A stretch of DNA of 64,000 bases from NCBI GenBank assembly GCA_964016885.1, contig OZ024742.1:66774001-66838000 (forward strand), in the 5' to 3' direction. Every line of letters starts with the position of its first letter. Position 1 is the stretch's first letter. Shown piece after piece: positions 55,130-64,000 of this stretch. A program made the translations under genes and the position numbers. The notes beneath the pieces are model-generated. The model did no database searches and was not told the origin of the DNA. It worked only from the letters and a program-made list of their open reading frames with translations. Source of the stretch: Eledone cirrhosa. Its lineage: Eukaryota.

Positions 55130-55345
55130 AATACGATCGCAAAGAAAACGGCCGAAATTGAGTTCCTACGAAGGATCTTTGGAGTAACGTTACTCGATAG
55201 AGTATGTAGCTTGTGGATCAGAGTTACTTCACGTAGAGCTGCTACGTTTCACAGAAATATGTGGGTGAAGAAGAAAAAGATATGGGGTTAGCATGTCTAA
55301 GGAAAGAATCGCTCGAGAAATAACACCAACCGGCAGGAATACGAA
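55130..55345 (+). mobile_element. RTE-type LINE 3' fragment
   Basis: TAEIEFLRRIFGVTLLDRV and a later MSKERIAR remnant. Confidence 0.55.
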
Positions 55346-56968
55346 TTGTAGATCACAAGAAGAAGAAGAAGAAGAAGAAGAGAAAACATGCTATATCGAA
55401 CTAGTTAATATCTATTGTGCGGCAGAATGTATTTAGAAATTTAGCAATATGTAAGTTAAATTAACATAGAATATTAAGCATATTCAAATGAGCTAATAAA
55501 ATATGAATTGTGACCTTGGGAGGTTGTCACCTCGGCATTTTTTATTCATGCAAATATTAACAAACAACTAATTGCATATGCCGATTTCAAATAAAATTAG
55601 GATAAGATGTCCATAGTCATTTAAAATAGATACTACAACCCTAATTAATGTCATTGTCTTTTAGGACATGTTCAGGATTTCCCTCCTTTTTGTAGAAGCT
55701 GTGTCTCTAAGAGTACGTTATCCTACTCCAAAGGACTACTGTGCTTGGAGGGAGTAAAATGTAGCCGCTATTTCCACCATATCAAGCAACCTCATAGTGA
55801 ACTGAAAATGTGCTTGTTAGACTTAAAGCAGATATTTCTAATCATGATGGCTATTTTATGGAAAATACGTATAAAAAGTGAAATATGAAAAGTCATATCA
55901 GTATAAGCATGTATGCGTGCTTATGCGTATGGTTGTGTGTGTGTGAGTGTTTTATGCGTGTGCGTGTGTGTATGTGGGTGTATTGGTTACTGTTCTAGGC
56001 TACAATGCATATGTTATGATTTCATACTTACAGCCGGAATTTACTAAATTTGTGTAAACTATTCTTTATTTAAATCTAAACATATTTTATCTTTAATGCT
56101 ACCTGGTAAAAGAAGCTGACAAATGGTATATATGAAAGTAAAACACAGAGTGAGTAGTTCAAATTAGGTGACAACTTTTGCGTTAAATCTTTTCCGATGA
56201 CTATGACGTTGGGACATGCTACGTATTTGATTCAAATAATTTACCACGTTGACAGAGAATAAGTACACGTCCTGCAGCTTATTACTCATTCAATTATATG
56301 CCAGTATGATATATGGTGTTACCATCTGAAAAACAAAGGCATTTATTTCCAATTATTTAAGAAGACAATGCAAAATCTCACATTCTAATATTATTTATTT
56401 GCAAAGATATGTTGACACAAAGAAATTGAAAAAGATCCTGCCAAAAATTCATTTCGTATTCATTTTAACGAAAAATAAAACTTGACTAATCACAAATATT
56501 ATTTACTTAGAAAATGTACGACGTCTGTTTTTGTTTAATAATGTTTGCCTTGCTTTCTTGACGGGCTGCTCAACTTTTTTCACCTCATCCTATCCATCCT
56601 GATGTGCAATTATGTATTTATATCTATCTAACTCGCGTGAGGTTTGTTGAATACAGATCAGGACTAAAAAATTCAGTGTCAGAATACTTAGCAAAAAGCA
56701 AGGTCATTAATCAAAATAAATATGGTATGGTAGAATCAGATCGAAGGGAGAAAAAGGAACAATATATGTGTGTGTATATATAGATATATTTGTGTTTGTG
56801 TGTACGTGTGACTGGATTAAGCGAGAAAAAGAGAAAGAAACAGACATGCAGTCGGAGAATAAAGATTTTAAATAGTTAGGTAGAGAAATATATGAACACA
56901 TGGAGCCAGTTGAATAGATATAGCCTTAGGCAAGAAGAAGAATAGAAATTCACACACACGCATTCAAC

Positions 56969-57022
<54 letters not shown>

Positions 57023-57034
57023 TATTTATATATT

Positions 57035-57067
<33 letters not shown>

Positions 57068-57744
57068 GGAGAGAAAAAGAGAGATAGAGAGAGAGAGGGA
57101 GAGATAGATACATGTGTTTGTATATATATTGTGAGAGAGGCTGAGAGTAACAACATTTTGTCTAAAACTCTTAAGTGGTTCACTACTACTCCATGTAAGT
57201 AAGGCATAATGTGAATGAAGAGCAAATCCAACTCACCAAAACAATCGGCAGTAAACTAAATGCCGAATATAAATGAATAAAATAACTTAAATATAAATAT
57301 AAAGGAAATGACGTCAATAAATGAAGTAAAAAATTTAATGAAAGAACAAAGAGAGTAAAGTGGAAGTAAATGGAAGGAAAAATGAAATATTGGGTTAATA
57401 CAGAAAACACGTCATCTCATAAATGTAAGTCATATAAAGAAATAAAACCAATACATAATTAAGGATGTTAAAAATAATACGTAACACTAAGGATGAATAT
57501 GAATTGCTAAAATATTAGGAGGAAAAGTAATCCTTTCACAAATATAGAAATAAAAAAAGAATTGAAAAGAAGAAGCAGAAAGAAGGACTTGTCAAGAAAA
57601 CAAAATATAACGGAAACCATCACAGAATTTTAAAGTAAAACCATCTGCAAAAAGTGTTTTCAAACTTTCAGCCGTCTTCAAATCGTGACGTGCATTCCTG
57701 AATAAGAATTGTTCTAAATATGTACTACTGATTTGTGACTTTAG

Positions 57745-57809
<65 letters not shown>

Positions 57810-58529
57810 CCCCCACACACACACACATGCTCACACATAGAAACATGCAAAACACAAAAGAAATATATACACACGGGAGCAGATGCACACACATAAATAT
57901 ATATATTTATTTGAATATGCATGTATATATATGTATGAGTGTATGAGTGCGTTTGTGGTGTATATATATATAAATGTATATATATATATATATATATGTG
58001 TGGGTGTGTCTGTGTGTGTCTGTGTGTGTGTGTGTGTGTCTGTGTGTGTCTGTGTGTGTTTATTTCCATTTATATCGTTTTAGTCTCTTACTTTCACCTT
58101 CTCTATTGGATTCCTCAATTTAATTATAATTTTACTGATTATATCATTGTATGTTTTTGCATTGCTGAGTTGTATCAATGTATCTATGTGGCGGTCTGTG
58201 TGTGCTCGTTGTAGTTAGGTTTTTCTGATCACGATAATATTAATTATGATGATGGTGGTGATGTTGTTAATGATAATGATGATGATGAGGAGGAGGATGA
58301 GTGGGAACAGGAATAGGAAGTAGATGCGGTTGATTGAAGAGTGTCATATAGCTATAAATGTATATAAAGTTTGCCTGGGATAGTGGGGCCTAAACCGTTC
58401 TAAAATGGAAAAGGATGAATATTGACGTACATGGGAGTCAAACCCACATCTTTGGTCATCCAGACCACTGTGCTTCCATTACACAAATACATCCCCGAAA
58501 GTTATTGCTGTTATAATCAATCGTTATGT

Positions 58530-59090
58530 TGAATATTCTGGCATGTTTCCGCTCGGCCTCGCAACCACATAGTTGTGCCGGGGTCGACGTACTTCCGTCA
58601 CTTGCGACTGGTTCTCAGCTGTACAGCGATTTATGCGCATCGGTGTTTCCATGAAGCTCGCCCCCCCCCCACATCTGTGAGCTTCAATAATGCTACTGCG
58701 GTACCACTGAGGATTCTTTTGGTATCCACCCACTGTCATGTCGTTAGAGTGCTGGTTGCCTCCCATGCCATGCTGCTCCCAAGGAGATAATAATGCTTGG
58801 CCTGGGTGGCGCAGGCTTCCCTTCCCAGCTCAAGCCACCTGGCCGGACCTAGGAGGTGGCAAAAGGCCTTAAGGCAGGATTATCTTCCCGTTCCGCAGAG
58901 GCAGTCTGCTCATCAGGAATGTCACATGCTGTGACACATACTCCAGTGGCAACCTCTTGCGTTCGTCTACCTGTCTCGGCCCTGCTGTCCGCCAAGCCGA
59001 AGACAGCAAACAGTCCAGGTATCGGTCGTTCTCTGATATATTTGTGATAGACCCTGCAACAGTAGAGACCTCCGGTGTTTTTGCCGGCTC
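58530..59090 (+). mobile_element. decayed CRE-like retrotransposon, zinc knuckle and restriction-like endonuclease
   Basis: GIHPLSCR*SAG.LPCHA; GKRP*G; FPFRRGSLLIRNVTCCDTY...AVRQAEDSKQSRY...DPATVETSGVF, matching the RPDG..PW..G..L.WD.TC.DT...AE..K..KY...P.A.ET.G pattern. Confidence 0.75.
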
Positions 59091-59861
59091 TCTATAACAA
59101 TAATAATGGTTTCTAATTTAGGCACAAGGCAAGTCGATTAAATAGACCCTAGTTCGTTACTGGCACTTCATCTTATGGACCCCAAATATTTCGTTAATCC
59201 TATGGACACCAAACTATAATTTTTATGATAATCCAAAATGAATAATATGCCATTGAACTGAACTTTCTGCATGTGGAATAACATAACATCGATCTGTAAA
59301 AGAAAACTAATATATCCCAAAATGAATGCAAGTAAAAACAACGTCTGATGGTTTTTAACACAACAAATAGATTAAATGTTTGTGAATTGACAACTATTAA
59401 TGAGGTGTCACACAAACCACATTATAAATTCATTGGACTAATTCTTTACTTCAATTTTCGACAACCACTTCTGGCTCGTTGTCATTTCTGCCAAAGCCAA
59501 AAAACCAAACGATTTCCTCAATTATTTGTAGTGTCATTGAAAAAGACATATCAGTTTCTCCCTGTGAGGCGATCGTCAGTATATAAGATTCTGTATGACA
59601 CCAAATTAACTTCCTTTATGCTGTCATAGAACTAACTTGACACAACATTGCCTTTGCAATTTTTCTTTATTGGGTATAATTTATATTTATTGTATTTGTT
59701 ATTTACTAATGTATTTCCAATGTTTTCTATGAATATTTAAACAAAATGCCAGGTGGACCCATTAATTATTAATATAGACTTGATGGATATTTAGAGATAT
59801 TTTTCAGTTTCTTTCTCTTCCTCTCATCCTACCCGCATATTCATCTCTCAACACATATTTA

Positions 59862-60034
<173 letters not shown>

Positions 60035-60809
60035 ATTGTCTATCTATCACACGCCATGTCATTGTATTGGGATATATGTAATACTTTTTTTTTATTAACT
60101 ACAACAGTACAATTTTTCCGATGCAGTAAAGTGGTAGTATCAACGTGAAACCATACGCAGAATACGTTGTGTGCTTTATTGTTTGAGAAGAGTAGTACCT
60201 CTCACCCTACTAATCGCTGTTTTGTGCAGTACAATAAGGAATGTCACAATTTCTGTTGAGGGACCAACTAGATTCGAAAATCGCTTAAAGATGTGTTTTG
60301 TGAATTTACTTGGTAATGTGTATTTTCTAGTATGTTTACATGACTACATATTAGATATGTATAGTCTCAGTTACCCACTAGAGTTATAACGTTATATTAC
60401 ACTTCGGCTGCTAGCGCACTTCTTAAACAAGACACCTTCCGGTCAAGATTGACCATGTGATTTACACCTAGAATGTTTTGCTCCAAGACCTGGCAAGGGT
60501 ATCTATGGACGACAAGCAGTAACCCATGCCTACTAATCTCCCCCTCGTCACACCATCGATGTGCACTATATTACCTATCTACTGTGCATTATACACCTGT
60601 ACAAACATAACATCAGATGAGGAACGCTCATATTTTCGCTACAACTTTTATAATTTTTACGCCAGAATTATTGTTGTTTTCACCTGAAATATTATTGATT
60701 TTTCACCAAAATTATTGACGCTTCTCTAGAATTTTCTATAACTCTCTTCATCACCCTCTTTCTCCCTCTCTTTCTCTCTCTATATATATATAAATATATA
60801 TGTATATAT

Positions 60810-60888
<79 letters not shown>

Positions 60889-60896
60889 TAAATGTG

Positions 60897-60974
<78 letters not shown>

Positions 60975-61020
60975 AATATATATATATGTGTGTATATATA
61001 TGTACATAAATGTGTATATA

Positions 61021-61567
61021 TATCTATCTATCTATCTAAGGCGGGTAAAATTCCCGAGATCCATGGACGAGTTCTCTCCAGCGGTCTCTGTCCCTCATTA
61101 TCGCTGCCATGTCCTGCGTCTCCAACAGACCAGTGTCTGTCCTTAGGGCATCAACATACGTTAACCTTTGTCTTCCTCTTCTAGTGTGTCCATGTAGGGG
61201 CTCCCAAAGGAGCACTGAGTGCAATGTCAACTCTGGATGTCGGTGAGCATGTCCAGCTAACCTCAGTCTCCTCTGTGACACTTTTGAGCTGACTTTTGGT
61301 AATACGGAAGATGATGTGGTTGAGAGGAAGAGCAAGGCCTGGGCGGCGTGCCACAGATTGAGATCGGTGTGGAAGTCGGACCTTCGTAGAGACCTGAAGG
61401 TCCGCCTCTTCATTGCTGTAGTGGAGTCTGTGCTGCTGTATGGGTCTGAGACTTGGACACTGACCAAGAAACTCACTCAGATGGTGGATGGGTGCTACAC
61501 GAGAATGCTGAGGATGGCTCTGAACATTAATCAGTATACACTGAGGATGAAAAACTCAGAGCTGTGT
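61021..61567 (-). mobile_element. RTE-type LINE 3' fragment with 5' inversion
   Basis: Minus 61302-61036 encodes LPKVSSKVSQRRLRLAGH...RRGRQRLTY...RDRDRWR, then an (ATAG)n tail. Plus 61301-61565 encodes the immediately upstream part (...VESVLLYGSETWTL...RMLRMALNI...KNSEL). Confidence 0.9.
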
Positions 61568-61619
61568 ATATATATATACATATATATATATATATGAATT
61601 CACCCAGCTTACGCTGATC

Positions 61620-61968
<349 letters not shown>

Positions 61969-62009
61969 AATATTAAATAAATGGAAACTATATTTATAAA
62001 ACCATATTT

Positions 62010-62074
62010 ATTTCATTATATATATTTCAGGGATAGCATATTAACAATATGCTATGCCTTCCTCAGACAAAATA
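62010..62074 (-). ncRNA. minimal type I hammerhead-ribozyme-like motif
   Basis: Minus strand CTGAGGA-AGGCATAGCATATT-gtt-AATATGCTATCCCT-GAAA-TATA-TA. Confidence 0.65.
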
Positions 62075-63438
62075 CAATATAAACAGTTTTATAGATAAAT
62101 AGATTCGACATACCGTAACAAACATCGACTTGTATTTGAAAAGGTTGATTTGGTAGTGAAAAAATTGTACACAGAGAGAAAGAAAGAAAAAAGGAAAGAA
62201 AGACAGAAAACGAAGAAAAAGAAAAAAAAGAAGAAATGCATGGAACAAAATAGAGAGATGGAAAGATAGATAAAGAGAAGAACTTCATGTAAAGAAACAG
62301 AAAAAGATATATATATATATAGAGAGAGAGAGGAAATAGAGATAGATACATATATATAGAAAACTAGGTAGTGGGACGTCTGTTGAATAACGCATCAATG
62401 ATACATTTATTTATTTATTTATTTATTTAGCTCTAGTATTAATGTAAGGGAGATATATGGAGAGAAACCAGCTGTTATATATAGAGAGAAAAAAATATAT
62501 AGAGAGAAAAAAATATAGAGAGAGAAAAAAAATAACCAGACACAGGCGAGGCGTAAAAACCTCTGTTTTAATGTAGAGGTATTAGTATTTACAAAACCAG
62601 CCACTACATTGTAAATATCAGTATTCCTGAATGAGACATGTATCCACAATGTGTGAAAATTAATGATCTTATGTTTAGTTTTTTAAAAAAATTCATATGT
62701 TTATGTGATAATTACAAACATCTATGTGAATCTACATGATCAACTCTGCAAACCCTAAATTCACGGAAAACATTCTCAATGTGGTATAAAAATTTAAGTA
62801 TACATATATGTGTATATATATACACACAAATATATATAGAGTCAATATTACTATTTCTGTCTCTACTCTACAAGATTATCTATCAAGCAAAAATAGAGCA
62901 GATTTCAATATACTAATAAAAATAAAAATATATCAGAAACAAAACTAAAAATAACAATAATAATAATAATAAGTAATAAAATAGAAAACTAAAAAATATT
63001 ACGAAAGAATATTACATATTAAAAATATTAAAAATAAAAATAAAAGTATTAGGAAATACTACAATAATAAAAATAAAATAAACCACAAAGATCAACCCTT
63101 CAAAATTAATTGACAATATATTGCCAAGTTCATTATAAACATCAGAGTCGAAAAACAGATAAAGCCAAAAATTATCTATCAAATCGCATCTAGCAAAGAT
63201 CATTTCAAAAAGTTTAGGATGCCCAATTTGGTCTACATGTGTTCTTATATTTAATATAGAAGTTTATCTAGCGTAACGTTTATTCGAAATATTTGGAGCA
63301 TCAACTTTTAGGGTAGCTTAATTTTTCATGAAGAATGTTTAAATAAAAATAAAAATAAAATAAAAATAAAAAGAATAAAAAGAGAATCAAAGATTTATCG
63401 GCTAGTTTCCCATATAATTATAAATCAAACTAAATATA

Positions 63439-63999
63439 CTACATTTTAAATTTAAATTTATATTTAAACGTTGAGTTTAATCTATGTTTGCAACAACTGA
63501 ATAAATTTGTCCGTAGATTAAGGGAATTTTTAGATTTTAGTATAAAGAATATCTCCTCTGCGCAGAGGTCACATGTCTCAGAGGATGAATTAAAAGGAAT
63601 CCCTCTTGAGACTATATTCCAAGCCGTCGAATATCTAACGTTATCTAGCTTAAGTTGCCATAGTACGCCTGATAGTGCCGTTGAAGATTTTTTGCTTGGA
63701 TCAGTGAAAGAATTCTTGTGGTTATTATAGCGAAGTTTAAATTCCGTCGATGTGGAACCGACGTAGTTAAAAGAATTAGAGTCAGTATTAACATTACAAT
63801 TGTATACTATATTTTTAACTAAGCAGTTGTTATTTAACGGACATTTAGATCTATCTCTACAGTTACATTTGTTAACTTGTATATTATTTATGCTATTATC
63901 ACTAGGTTTTAAGTTCCTATTATTTATTCTATTGATATTTTGTGCTAAATTTTTGGTGGATGAGTAGGTTAATTTTATTGTATGTCTATTGAAAATTGA
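63439..63999 (-). CDS. C-terminal 186 aa of a Penelope-like polyprotein: linker and GIY-YIG endonuclease (5' partial)
   Basis: Hand translation with no internal stop: SIFNRHTIKLTYSSTKNL...KCNCRDRSKCPLNNNCLVKNIVYNCNV...NYVGSTSTEFKLRYNNHKNSF...TALSGVLWQLK...CDLCAEEIFFI...LNLRTNLFSCCKHR...KM*. NIVY...YVG, a conserved R and E, and Cys motifs fit Penelope-type GIY-YIG. Absent from the ORF track, probably because it runs off the window without an upstream start. Confidence 0.92.
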   Translation of the reverse strand, partial: SIFNRHTIKLTYSSTKNLAQNINRINNRNLKPSDNSINNIQVNKCNCRDRSKCPLNNNCLVKNIVYNCNVNTDSNSFNYVGSTSTEFKLRYNNHKNSFTDPSKKSSTALSGVLWQLKLDNVRYSTAWNIVSRGIPFNSSSETCDLCAEEIFFILKSKNSLNLRTNLFSCCKHRLNSTFKYKFKFKM

Positions 64000-64000
64000 G

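Noticed and set aside
63488-63730. 80-aa plus-strand ORF
   Set aside because: It is the antisense shadow of the GIY-YIG frame on the minus strand.

Overview
AT-rich, microsatellite-dense eukaryotic (metazoan) non-genic or intronic DNA. The SINE families resemble ones I associate with octopus/cephalopod genomes (inference). I find no convincing host protein-coding gene; most ORF-track entries are translations of (TA)n/(CA)n/(GA)n repeats. The window is a mosaic of transposable elements: a head-to-tail Helitron array with a decayed Rep/Pif1-helicase gene (24.1-29.3 kb), other non-autonomous Helitrons, fragments of L1/Tx1-, RTE- and CRE-type LINEs, tRNA-derived SINEs and DNA-transposon remnants. 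The main observation is a recurrent class of short inserts in (TA)n tracts, many of them long near-perfect palindromes. Several unrelated families carry minimal type I hammerhead-ribozyme motifs (CUGANGA-stem II-GAAA-short stem III-UH), with a freely varying N7 and a compensatory change in stem II. A probable parent is at the right edge: a stop-free Penelope-like GIY-YIG endonuclease frame missed by the ORF track (63439->63999, minus strand), followed about 1.3 kb downstream by the same hammerhead-bearing terminus found as palindromes at 3.8 kb and 31.8 kb. All alignments, folds and coordinates were read by eye and may be off by a few bases.
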